From contig JAWARQ010000002.1 of the NCBI GenBank assembly GCA_038893355.1, positions 1 to 64,000 on the forward strand: a DNA stretch of 64,000 nucleotides, written 5' to 3'. This DNA comes from Sulfolobaceae archaeon (GTDB lineage Archaea; Thermoproteota; Thermoprotei_A; Sulfolobales; Sulfolobaceae). How positions within the stretch are numbered: the stretch's first letter is position 1; every line of letters begins with the position of its first letter. Positions 55,194 to 64,000 of the stretch are shown piece after piece. The notes under the pieces were generated by a model. That model was not told the DNA's origin, made no database searches, and saw only the letters and a program-made list of their open reading frames with translations. A program made the translations under genes and the position numbers.

Positions 55194-56190
55194 TGCTGAA
55201 ATATCAAAGAAACTACTGGAAAAATTTAGCTCCTTAAAGTCTAACTGTCTTAAAGTAAACTATGACCTTGACTCTTTATTATTTGCATATATAATAAGTA
55301 AAGAATTTAAGGATAGTTTCTACATAACATTTACCTCTAATTGTCCTAATCAACTATTAAAAAAAGATAATAATAAAATTTTAATTATAGAAGGAAATGA
55401 GATAAATATAGGAAGAAACTCCTTCTGTACATTATTACCAATAACTACAGAGAATTTTTTAGGAGTATTAGTTGGTATTATGTATTCTTCTATATTTGAA
55501 AGGAGACAATTTACAGAAGAAGAGAGGAGTATTATAAATAATAGTAAAAATTACGGAATAGTAGTAGAGAATAGTATAAAACTTATTAATTATAAGGAAT
55601 TGCCGGTTTTCTTATCACTAATCCTTACAATAGATCCATATATTGTTGGAGTTAGCGGCAATAAAGCTTCTGCATTGAGTATAATAAGAGAACTAAACAT
55701 ATCAGAAACTGCTAAACTTGAAGAACTAGATGAACCTAAACTAAACTCATTATTATATAGAATAGTTAGTAATATTTTAAAATATAATCCAAAATTTACT
55801 AGAGAAGATTTATTTTCTGAAAGGATATTTTATGAAAGATACGATATTTTAGAGTTGGCAATAGCGTTAGCGTATTCTTTAGATATAATTGGCTCTTCAG
55901 AAATTTTTAAGTTTATATATTATAATAAATATATTGATATTATAATAGATAGATATAGAAAAGATTTGTCTAAAGATTTTGAAATTAAAGAATTTGAAGA
56001 TAAAGGAAGTTATTATGTAGTAAGTAGTGAATTAAGATCTCCTTTACTGCTCTCCCTAATATTAAAGCAAATGGGTAAGATTAAGTCAGAAAAACCTATC
56101 TATATAAAGATTGATAATGAGTTATATACAACAAGGTATTTTATGAAATCGCAGAAGGAGGGTTTAATTAAAATTGAAAGCAAAAATTAA
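55171..56190 (+). CDS. Degenerate RecJ homologue (RecJdbh / archaeal Cdc45)
   Basis: About 340 aa, TIDPYIVGVSGN, no DHH motif; recalled Sulfolobales synteny with pcc1 and rpl10e. Confidence 0.65.
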   Translation: METFLNPNAEISKKLLEKFSSLKSNCLKVNYDLDSLLFAYIISKEFKDSFYITFTSNCPNQLLKKDNNKILIIEGNEINIGRNSFCTLLPITTENFLGVLVGIMYSSIFERRQFTEEERSIINNSKNYGIVVENSIKLINYKELPVFLSLILTIDPYIVGVSGNKASALSIIRELNISETAKLEELDEPKLNSLLYRIVSNILKYNPKFTREDLFSERIFYERYDILELAIALAYSLDIIGSSEIFKFIYYNKYIDIIIDRYRKDLSKDFEIKEFEDKGSYYVVSSELRSPLLLSLILKQMGKIKSEKPIYIKIDNELYTTRYFMKSQKEGLIKIESKN

Positions 56191-56422
56191 AATAAATATA
56201 AAGTATAAAAATCCAGAAATCTTATACCAAAGTCTATTACCAGACAATATCCAAATACCTAAGGGTTTAAATATTGATATGAAATATGATAACGAAAATT
56301 TAAATATAATCTTAGAAATGATAATTAAAGATCCTAAAGATATTTTGACTCTCAGAAATACTGCAGACGAGATATTGACACATGTCAATTCGATAATAGA
56401 AGTGCTAGATAATTTAAAATAG
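56174..56422 (+). CDS. pcc1: KEOPS subunit Pcc1 family
   Basis: ILYQSLLPD..LRNTADE pattern, 82 aa. Confidence 0.7.
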   Translation: MKAKIKINIKYKNPEILYQSLLPDNIQIPKGLNIDMKYDNENLNIILEMIIKDPKDILTLRNTADEILTHVNSIIEVLDNLK

Positions 56423-56451
56423 TAGAGCGTGGATTATTACATTGATTAAAA

Positions 56452-56994
56452 ATGCCACTAAGACCTGGTAGATGTTATAGACATTTTTCTGGTCCTCCAT
56501 ATACTAGAAAAGAGTACATTGATGGTATCCCAAACCCAAAGATAACTAAATTTACAGCAGGTGATCCTAATAAGGACTATGATTATGAAGTAAGGGTCGT
56601 AGCAACAGAAATGGGTCAGATTAGGCATAATGCATTAGAGGCTGCTAGAGTTATAGCATTAAAGCAATTGTCAAAAAGGATAGGAAATGAAACAGACTTC
56701 TTCTTATGGGTAGTAAAGTATCCTCATCATGTATTAAGAGAAAATAAAATGATGGCATTTGCAGGAGCTGATAGATTGCAAGACGGAATGAGATTATCTT
56801 TCGGAAAGCCAATAGGAACTGCTGCAAGAATTGAAAAGATAGGTGATGTAATACTTTTAGCTAGGGTAAAAAAACAGCACCTAGAGGCTGCAAAGGAAGC
56901 ACTCAGAGTTGCAGCTTCTAAACTGCCGTTAAAGTGTAGAATAGATATAAAGGAATTAAAGCCTGCCGTGAAGGAGGAGGCTGTAAGTAGGTGA
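56452..56994 (+). CDS. rpl10e: 50S ribosomal protein L10e (uL16)
   Basis: [21 protein letters not shown]. Confidence 0.97.
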   Translation: MPLRPGRCYRHFSGPPYTRKEYIDGIPNPKITKFTAGDPNKDYDYEVRVVATEMGQIRHNALEAARVIALKQLSKRIGNETDFFLWVVKYPHHVLRENKMMAFAGADRLQDGMRLSFGKPIGTAARIEKIGDVILLARVKKQHLEAAKEALRVAASKLPLKCRIDIKELKPAVKEEAVSR

Positions 56995-57992
56995 ATTATA
57001 ATTTCAACGAGACTTTTGTTATTGAAGAAATAAAAAGAAGAAATGCTAGAAAAGTTCTTTTACAATTTCCAGAAGGTTTAAGAATTTATTCTTTAGATAT
57101 TTTAAAAAAATTAAAAGAAGAATTAAGTAATGTAGAATTTATAATTTCGGCAGAACCAAATTGGGGAGCATGTGACGTTGCAGAAGATGAAGCGCAAATT
57201 TTAGGCGTAGATTTAATAGTACATTTTGGACATTCGCCCTATACATGGTACTTTCCTAAATTCCCTACAATCTTTGTTGAAGTAGAAAGTTTATTAGATA
57301 TTAACGAGAACATGCTAGAAGAAACAGTAGAGAAGTTAAGATATTATAATGCTAAAAAGGTTTCAATTAATGCTACGGCCCAACATAGGAGGTTAATAGG
57401 AAAAGTAAAAAGTTATCTAGAAAGATATTTTGAGGTAGTAATTGGAAAGCCATCAAATAAATTTATGTTTGATGGACAAGTATTGGGATGTGACTATTAT
57501 TCAGCACTTACTACTAATGCTGATACGCATGTAATTATATCCGGTGGAGTTTTCCATGCTATAGGTTTAGGGTTAGCTACAAATAAGCCTGTAATTAAAA
57601 TTGATCCGTATACCTCTAAAGTTGAAGACATTACTCCAATAGTATGGAAGACCTTAAAGGTCAGAATCAGTAAGGTTTTTGAGGCGATGAATGGTAAAAG
57701 ATGGGTTATAATTCAAGGTCTTAAAGTTGGGCAAAATAGACCACTGATGGTAAAATTTTTGAAAGAGAAGTTAGAGGAGAAGGGATTTGAAGTTTTTGTG
57801 GTAAGTAATAAAGTGCTTAGCGTAGATACTTTAAGAAACTTAGATAGAGGTAATGTTGATGTATTCGTAGTAACTTCATGCCCAAGGATACCTACTGATG
57901 ATCTATATGACTATGAAAAACCAGTCTTAACTCCAGGAGAGGCTAAAATGATTATTTTAAATAAATATGACAAATACATATTCCCGTGGTGA
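56991..57992 (+). CDS. dph2: Diphthamide biosynthesis Fe-S enzyme
   Basis: QFPEG, WGACD, GQVLGC, CPRI. Confidence 0.93.
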   Translation: MNYNFNETFVIEEIKRRNARKVLLQFPEGLRIYSLDILKKLKEELSNVEFIISAEPNWGACDVAEDEAQILGVDLIVHFGHSPYTWYFPKFPTIFVEVESLLDINENMLEETVEKLRYYNAKKVSINATAQHRRLIGKVKSYLERYFEVVIGKPSNKFMFDGQVLGCDYYSALTTNADTHVIISGGVFHAIGLGLATNKPVIKIDPYTSKVEDITPIVWKTLKVRISKVFEAMNGKRWVIIQGLKVGQNRPLMVKFLKEKLEEKGFEVFVVSNKVLSVDTLRNLDRGNVDVFVVTSCPRIPTDDLYDYEKPVLTPGEAKMIILNKYDKYIFPW

Positions 57993-57998
57993 GCTATA

Positions 57999-58577
57999 AT
58001 GAGGAAACAAGGAGAATTAGTGCTCCCAGGCGAGTACTTAAATGTTCTTGAAGAGTTTACGGTAGGTGATGGTGTATATGAGATAAATGGAATAGTAAGA
58101 GCTTCAGTTATAGGAAAAATATTTTATGATATGATAAATAGAAGAGCGAATGTAATTGTAATTAAGAGACCCATATTTCAAGATTTAAAAAGAGCTAAAT
58201 ATGTAATTGGACAAGTAATTTCTATTAAAGAGGATATTGCATATGTAAATATTCATAGTATTGAGGAAAGGTATTTAACAACGAATATAACCGGGTATGT
58301 ACATATTTCACAGATTACCAATAAGTACGTGAATAATATATTAGATATGTTAAAAGTAGGAGATATTATAAAGGCCAAACCATTAGCCAACATCATACCA
58401 ATACCTCTAACTATAAAGCAAAAAGATCTTGGAGTTATTTATGCAAGATGTTCAGTATGTGGTAGTACTTTGGTAAAGAGGGACGAAGAACATTTAATTT
58501 GCCCTAATTGTAATAATGTAGAGACAAGAAAATTAGGAGTATATCTGGTGAAAAAAATTGCAGGTCAGAGTCATTAA
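57999..58577 (+). CDS. csl4: Exosome subunit Csl4
   Basis: VLPGE, S1 domain, Zn ribbon CSVC..CPNC..RK. Confidence 0.92.
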   Translation: MRKQGELVLPGEYLNVLEEFTVGDGVYEINGIVRASVIGKIFYDMINRRANVIVIKRPIFQDLKRAKYVIGQVISIKEDIAYVNIHSIEERYLTTNITGYVHISQITNKYVNNILDMLKVGDIIKAKPLANIIPIPLTIKQKDLGVIYARCSVCGSTLVKRDEEHLICPNCNNVETRKLGVYLVKKIAGQSH

Positions 58578-58842
58578 AAGTACAATTAACTATTTAGAAC
58601 TAGAGGTAGAAGGAGAAGAGCATACTTTAGGAAATCTAATAAGTGGAATATTACGTGAAATCAAAGGAGTAAAATTTGCCTCTTATTACCAACCTCATCC
58701 TTTAATTCAAAAAATTGTAATAAAGATATTGACTGATGGGTCTATATCGCCAAAAGAAGCATTGTTAAAAGCAATAAACAATGCAAAAGAAATAACCAAA
58801 AAATACTTAGAGGAAATTAAAGAAATTGAAAAAGGAAGCTAG
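58558..58842 (+). CDS. rpoL: RNA polymerase subunit Rpo11 (L)
   Basis: [16 protein letters not shown]. Confidence 0.93.
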   Translation: MQVRVIKSTINYLELEVEGEEHTLGNLISGILREIKGVKFASYYQPHPLIQKIVIKILTDGSISPKEALLKAINNAKEITKKYLEEIKEIEKGS

Positions 58843-59092
58843 AGTAGGAGTAATTATAAAGGCTAATAAATTATACGGTATTTGTATATTTAGGGGAAAA
58901 TTTCTAGAGCATTTATTTTTAGGATATTCTGCGGAAGATGTCTTAAAAAAATTAGAAGATAGTAGAGTTATTGAGGAGATTAGATATAGTAATTTTAATG
59001 TAGGTAATTCATTTGTTGATGAGGCAAATAACGAGAAAATAGTCATGTGCAGAAGGATTATAGAAACAATTGATAAAAAGTTAAATATATGA
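58826..59092 (+). CDS. Hypothetical protein within the rpo11-tfs operon
   Basis: 88 aa ORF filling the gap, overlapping the rpoL stop. Confidence 0.65.
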   Translation: MKKEARVGVIIKANKLYGICIFRGKFLEHLFLGYSAEDVLKKLEDSRVIEEIRYSNFNVGNSFVDEANNEKIVMCRRIIETIDKKLNI

Positions 59093-59123
59093 GTAGAGTA
59101 ACCTAGATTTTATGTGATCAATA

Positions 59124-59453
59124 TTGAAGTTCTGTCCAAAGTGTAACAGCCTAATGACGCCTAGGAAAATAAATAATAAGTCAATATATAAATGCAATAA
59201 ATGTGGATATGAAGAAGAGGCAAAACAATCAATAACCATATCCACTAAAGTAAAGCATACTGAAAAAGAGAAAATGTTGGTTATAGAAGAAGAGAAGCCT
59301 ATAGGTGCACAAAGGATAAGAGGAATTGTATGCCCTTCTTGTGGAAATGATGAGGCATATTTTTGGATTTTACAAACTAGAAGAGCAGACGAACCGCCTA
59401 CTAGATTTTATAGATGTACAAAATGTAATAAGGTTTGGAGAGAATACGAATAG
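59124..59453 (+). CDS. tfs: Transcription factor S (cleavage factor)
   Basis: Two Zn ribbons, QTRRADEP. Confidence 0.95.
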   Translation: MKFCPKCNSLMTPRKINNKSIYKCNKCGYEEEAKQSITISTKVKHTEKEKMLVIEEEKPIGAQRIRGIVCPSCGNDEAYFWILQTRRADEPPTRFYRCTKCNKVWREYE

Positions 59454-59497
59454 CTATACCGCAAACGTTATTTTTAAGTTGATATATATTATCTTAC

Positions 59498-59588
<91 letters not shown>

Positions 59589-60050
59589 CTACTCTAAAGC
59601 TTCTCTCCTTAATAAGTCTTTTACCATAACATACGCATGTTTACCTCTACCATAGTAATTTTTATGAAATTTTACTATAATATATCCCATTTTTCTATAA
59701 AAATTAATAGCAGGAGTATTATTTATTGCGACTTCGAGATAAGAATATCTACAATTAAAATCCTTAAATCTCCTTTCCAGTTCAGATACTAACATACTCC
59801 CTATTCCCTTATTTCTCCATTCTCTTCTTACTGCAATAGATACGATATGACCCCTTATATTGAATTGTATAACACCAATAATGTAGCCCAAAACTAGATC
59901 TTGTTCTTTTGCTACTAAATACAAATTTCCTGAAATGTATAAATATGCTCTTAATAAGGAAAACGGATAGGGATTTTCAAATGATTCTCGTTCTATATCA
60001 TATATCTGGAATAAATCCTCTTCAGTAGCTCTACTTATAATTACTGACAT
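59589..60050 (-). CDS. RimI/Ard1-type N-acetyltransferase
   Basis: GHIVSIAV..RNKGIG, LEV..N..A..FY; start moved to MSVII. Confidence 0.9.
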   Translation of the reverse strand: MSVIISRATEEDLFQIYDIERESFENPYPFSLLRAYLYISGNLYLVAKEQDLVLGYIIGVIQFNIRGHIVSIAVRREWRNKGIGSMLVSELERRFKDFNCRYSYLEVAINNTPAINFYRKMGYIIVKFHKNYYGRGKHAYVMVKDLLRREALE

Positions 60051-60069
60051 TACTATAAACGTATTAGAG

Positions 60070-61089
60070 ATGCAAGTATTAGAATTCAATGAAAAAAAGG
60101 GTATATTAAAGATTAAGGTAGAGGATGAGGACGATTTGTGGATCTTAAATTACTCATTAGAAAAAGGGGATAGGGTTATAGCTAGGACAACTAGAGACGT
60201 TAGCTTAGGTAATGAAGCTAGAAGGATTCCGATAATTGTAGAGCTAGAGGTAGAAAAAACGGAATTCCAGGCATTTACATCAAGATTAAGGATTCATGGT
60301 GTAATTCTTGATGCGCCAGAAAGATATGGAATAAAAGGATCCCACCATACTATAAACTTAGATATAGGGGACGAAATTGTAATAATTAAAGGAAAATGGA
60401 AATCTCATATATTAAGTAAAATATTTAAAAAAGCTGAAAAAAGGTTTAAAGTTTTAATAGCAATAGTGGATTTTGATGAATTTTTAATAGCAGTGCCTAT
60501 GTTACAAGGAATTAAAATACTAGAAGAGAAGAGCCTTAGGAGCATAACGAAAGAAGAGGATGTAATAGAGAAAAATGCAGAAGAGATCGCTAAAATAATA
60601 AAGGATTATTCTATAAGATTAGAAGTTGATGCGGTAATTATAGCAGGCCCTGGACCTTTTAAAGAGATAGTTAACAAAAAGCTTGATCTAAAAAATAAAA
60701 AGGTTTACTTAGACTCAGTATCATCTGCAACTAGAGCAGGATTAAATGAATTACTAAGAAGGGATATAATCACTCAAGTTGTTAGAGATTATGAGCTCTC
60801 TGAAGCACAAAAAATTTATGAGAAATTTATGGAGGAATTAGCTAAGGGAAGTAAATTAGTTGGATATGGTATAGAAGAAATCAAGAATGCAGCAATTTAC
60901 AATGCAGTTTCTAGTGTTCTAGTATTAGAAGACCTTCTAGGAGAGAACAGGGAAATTATAAATAACATTCTTGACGAAATCGAAAAGAGAAATGGAAGGG
61001 TGTATATAATTCCAAGAGATTCGCCTATATATTATCAAGTGAAGAGCTTAGGTGGAATAATTGCATTACTCAGATTTCCTATATATTAA
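60070..61089 (+). CDS. pelA: Pelota / Dom34 ribosome rescue factor
   Basis: [30 protein letters not shown]. Confidence 0.95.
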   Translation: MQVLEFNEKKGILKIKVEDEDDLWILNYSLEKGDRVIARTTRDVSLGNEARRIPIIVELEVEKTEFQAFTSRLRIHGVILDAPERYGIKGSHHTINLDIGDEIVIIKGKWKSHILSKIFKKAEKRFKVLIAIVDFDEFLIAVPMLQGIKILEEKSLRSITKEEDVIEKNAEEIAKIIKDYSIRLEVDAVIIAGPGPFKEIVNKKLDLKNKKVYLDSVSSATRAGLNELLRRDIITQVVRDYELSEAQKIYEKFMEELAKGSKLVGYGIEEIKNAAIYNAVSSVLVLEDLLGENREIINNILDEIEKRNGRVYIIPRDSPIYYQVKSLGGIIALLRFPIY

Positions 61090-62148
61090 TTCTTCCGTAA
61101 TTCTTAGCCTTCTAGCATCAGGATGTTCCTCAATCAATACTATTTCATCAATTTTCTCTCTATATTTTTCTATAATATCATTAATATGTTTAACAGAAAC
61201 ATAATAACCGTTACCTTCCCTTCTACTTTCACCATAATCCGAAAGGTCGACATTAGTTTTTACAAAGGCTCTAATAATAGTACCTTCTCCGCTTATCTCT
61301 TCATAGGGTTTAGTGGAGTATCGAGCAGTTCGTAAAAATCTAGTTCTCGTTTCCACTAAATCCTTATAAATCGAACTACAATAATGAACTATAATCTTAT
61401 CCTCACTAAATCTTTTAATTATCTTTTCTGCAGTTTCAGCACTTCCTTTAGCACCAGTGAGACCATGTGCAACTTTAAAACCACGAATGATCATATTTTG
61501 TATGTTTCTTTCATTTATTTCTAATTCATTTAAGTTAACAAATTTAACTTTCTTTGATTTCGCCCATTCAATTAATTTAATTATTTTTTCCTCATCTCCT
61601 GGTATTGCAGGTATTTCGATCCCCACATCGAAAGAATAATTTAATGCCTTCTCTACTGCAACTAAATACTCTTCTTTAATGGGATGAAACCTAATTTCAT
61701 CTAACCCTACCCTCTCTAGAGCCCTTAGAACTTCATGAGTTACATATCTTCCAGTAGTATATAAATGAATATGAAATCCTTCTCCAAATTCTTCCTTTAA
61801 AAGTTTTATTAAATTAGTAACTCTATCTAGCCTTAAAATAGGATCACCACCAGTTATTCCAGCTCCAAGTGCATTCATCCTATATGCTTCATAGATAAAT
61901 TCAATTAAATTATTAATTTTTGCTTCATTTGCAAATATTACATCTTTTCCAAATCTTTCAGAGCTGACTGGGCAATAAAAACAATTATCATCGCACTCAC
62001 CAGTTATAAATACTACTAATTTAGAACCTAATCTACATAATTCACAACCTTTCGGCAAAATCCCGTTATAAAGTCCTATTTCCTTATTTCCTAAGATCGG
62101 CAATTCTATTCTGAATAAAAACTCTGGCTTCTGGATTTTTAACTTCAT
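61066..62148 (-). CDS. Radical SAM protein (archaeal, uncharacterised)
   Basis: [13 protein letters not shown], extra GCELC; start uncertain. Confidence 0.88.
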   Translation of the reverse strand: MKLKIQKPEFLFRIELPILGNKEIGLYNGILPKGCELCRLGSKLVVFITGECDDNCFYCPVSSERFGKDVIFANEAKINNLIEFIYEAYRMNALGAGITGGDPILRLDRVTNLIKLLKEEFGEGFHIHLYTTGRYVTHEVLRALERVGLDEIRFHPIKEEYLVAVEKALNYSFDVGIEIPAIPGDEEKIIKLIEWAKSKKVKFVNLNELEINERNIQNMIIRGFKVAHGLTGAKGSAETAEKIIKRFSEDKIIVHYCSSIYKDLVETRTRFLRTARYSTKPYEEISGEGTIIRAFVKTNVDLSDYGESRREGNGYYVSVKHINDIIEKYREKIDEIVLIEEHPDARRLRITEELIYRKSE

Positions 62149-62620
62149 CTAATAGTTTGTATAAGTAGTATAACTCCTCCCTCGAGTTAATGGGTAGATT
62201 TGCTTGAATCTTAGGAAGACCCTCATTTCCTCCTTCAGTAAAGTACCAATCCTTAAACCATACGAATCCTGCATATAATAGAGAGAGGCCTAATGGCGTA
62301 TTTACTATAGCTTCACCTTTGTACAAAAGTTCTCTTGTTTCATAATCTTTATGATAAGTTACAAAGATCTTTCCACCATTACCTAATTCTCTTCTAATAT
62401 AGGAAAATAAACTAATCTCAATTCTTTCTCTTCTTGGCCAAGGGTCATAAATTATTTCAATCCAAGGCTTATACTCTCCTCTACCAGAAAAGTAGAATGA
62501 CTTTCCAACATATTTATCATCTATATATAAATCAAATGTATATAATTCTCTAATGTGTAAATTCTTCAGATTTTTTATAGTTATGGAATGTTTATCGTCT
62601 ATTTTACCCTCTCGAATCAA
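62084..62620 (-). CDS. DUF1122-like protein
   Basis: [23 protein letters not shown]. Confidence 0.75.
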   Translation of the reverse strand: MIREGKIDDKHSITIKNLKNLHIRELYTFDLYIDDKYVGKSFYFSGRGEYKPWIEIIYDPWPRRERIEISLFSYIRRELGNGGKIFVTYHKDYETRELLYKGEAIVNTPLGLSLLYAGFVWFKDWYFTEGGNEGLPKIQANLPINSREELYYLYKLLDEVKNPEARVFIQNRIADLRK

Positions 62621-63266
62621 TTACCCTCCTAAAGAATTTATTAGTTTTATATAAATATCTTATTGCACTTTGGAAATCCTCTTCGGGTGATAATAAGTAA
62701 TATAAAAATACTCCAGAATGTCCCCTTTCTTCTCTTTTAGTAAGTAATTCCTCTCTCATTCTAATTGTATCAACTGAGATCTTCAGTATCTTACATGCAT
62801 AATCTTCATTACCTTTTAAAGGTAACTGTATATGGCCATTCTCTGTAGGAATAATTAACTCGAGCCTCTTATTAACCCCTGGTACTCTCTTACCGCTAAT
62901 TATTCCCTCGTAATCTAAAATTCCTCCAAACCAATAAAATTCTAACTCTTCTCTCCTTAATTTCGTAATAGGAAACGATATCACTATTTTCTCATCGGCA
63001 TCTAGCGATATGTAAGCCTTTGGTGTAGAATAGGGCGTTGGTTGTACTATAAATTTATGATGAGCTTCTAACAAATCTAGCTTTAGTATATTTGGTTCAA
63101 AGACTACAATATCAATATCACTATCTGCATTTACATCACCCCTTGCAACAGATCCATATACGAAACCATTCTGAAGTAGATCTCTCAGCTTATTAAGAAC
63201 TTCAATTGCAATTCCCCTTTTAGATTTTAATAATTCCCAGTGCTCCTTCGTGTATACTATATCCAT
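62604..63266 (-). CDS. Nucleotidyltransferase-domain protein
   Basis: YGSVARGD...[14 protein letters not shown]. Confidence 0.85.
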   Translation of the reverse strand: MDIVYTKEHWELLKSKRGIAIEVLNKLRDLLQNGFVYGSVARGDVNADSDIDIVVFEPNILKLDLLEAHHKFIVQPTPYSTPKAYISLDADEKIVISFPITKLRREELEFYWFGGILDYEGIISGKRVPGVNKRLELIIPTENGHIQLPLKGNEDYACKILKISVDTIRMREELLTKREERGHSGVFLYYLLSPEEDFQSAIRYLYKTNKFFRRVIDSRG

Positions 63267-63305
63267 GTATTATAATTTATATTTTGGATTAAAATAAGAG
63301 AACTT

Positions 63306-64000
63306 ATGAATCCTTATGTTATTGCACTAGTAATCTTTATACTTTTTTGGATAATGATTTATGCACTCAGAAATCGTTTAAAGAAATACGGTTTAGAAGT
63401 ATATCCATTACTACTCTTGTGGAAGAGGAAATCTAGGGAAGAGTGGTTTCCTAAAATTTCAAGGTCAAAATATTATATAGTATTTGATAAATTTTCAATA
63501 ATTTTAGGAATTATCTCAATGATTGGCGGAATTTATTTAATATATATGGTACTGATAAATTTAATACTTAGCCCTAATAATTCAACCATTAGGCTTCAAC
63601 CAATAATACCTCTAGTTACTGTGGGTCTTGATCAATTACCATATTTATTACTCTCACTATCAATTTCTGTAGCATTACATGAAATATTTCATGCTATATC
63701 AGCAACCTCAAATAATGTTAAAATTAAAAGTGGAGGTATTCTAATTCTAGGAATATTCCTTGGGGCTTTTGTAGAGCCAGATGAAAAATCTTTCAATAGT
63801 GCACCATTAGTAAGCAAATTGAAAATAATTTCTTCTGGAATAGCATTGAACTTAATTCTTAGTTTGCTATTCTTACCTATAATATTAAATATTCCCTCAT
63901 TATCACAGGGCGCATTAATTACTAATGTAGAACCTAATTCTCCAGCATTTAATTCTTCAATTAAACCATCTTACATAATATTGGAAATTAACAACCAAAC
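63306..64000 (+). CDS. Site-2 (M50) membrane metalloprotease, truncated by the window end
   Basis: Not in ORF track; ATG 63306, LHEIFHA (HExxH), GAFVEPDE, start of a PDZ-like region. Confidence 0.88.
   Translation, partial: MNPYVIALVIFILFWIMIYALRNRLKKYGLEVYPLLLLWKRKSREEWFPKISRSKYYIVFDKFSIILGIISMIGGIYLIYMVLINLILSPNNSTIRLQPIIPLVTVGLDQLPYLLLSLSISVALHEIFHAISATSNNVKIKSGGILILGIFLGAFVEPDEKSFNSAPLVSKLKIISSGIALNLILSLLFLPIILNIPSLSQGALITNVEPNSPAFNSSIKPSYIILEINNQ

Overview
AT-rich archaeal chromosome segment from a Sulfolobales member. This is inferred from gene content and order: 3HP/4HB-type methylmalonyl-CoA mutase subunit, nuo operon with fused M-L subunit, RecJdbh/Cdc45-pcc1-rpl10e-dph2-csl4-rpo11-tfs, and a BHB-intron tRNA. 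Bases 1-5000 are an accessory, decaying zone: a broken IS1-family transposase, a TnpB 3'-end/omega-RNA remnant, two uncharacterised secreted proteins, an IS200/IS605 end and an interrupted PaREP1 pseudogene. Bases 5000-23000 hold MarR/MFS, TldDE, a sulfur/lipoate cluster (MBL hydrolase, rhodanese, TusA-like protein, LipA, free lipoyl domain), a ThDP decarboxylase, photolyase, PhoH-KH, a CoA-disulfide reductase and MeaB/MCM. The rest is core genome: nuo, thyX, sod, xpd, the full shikimate operon with split transketolase, information-processing genes and tRNA-Arg(UCU). Two box C/D sRNAs absent from the ORF track were found by eye, with guides matching tRNA motifs. All calls come from motif recognition; no database searches were run.
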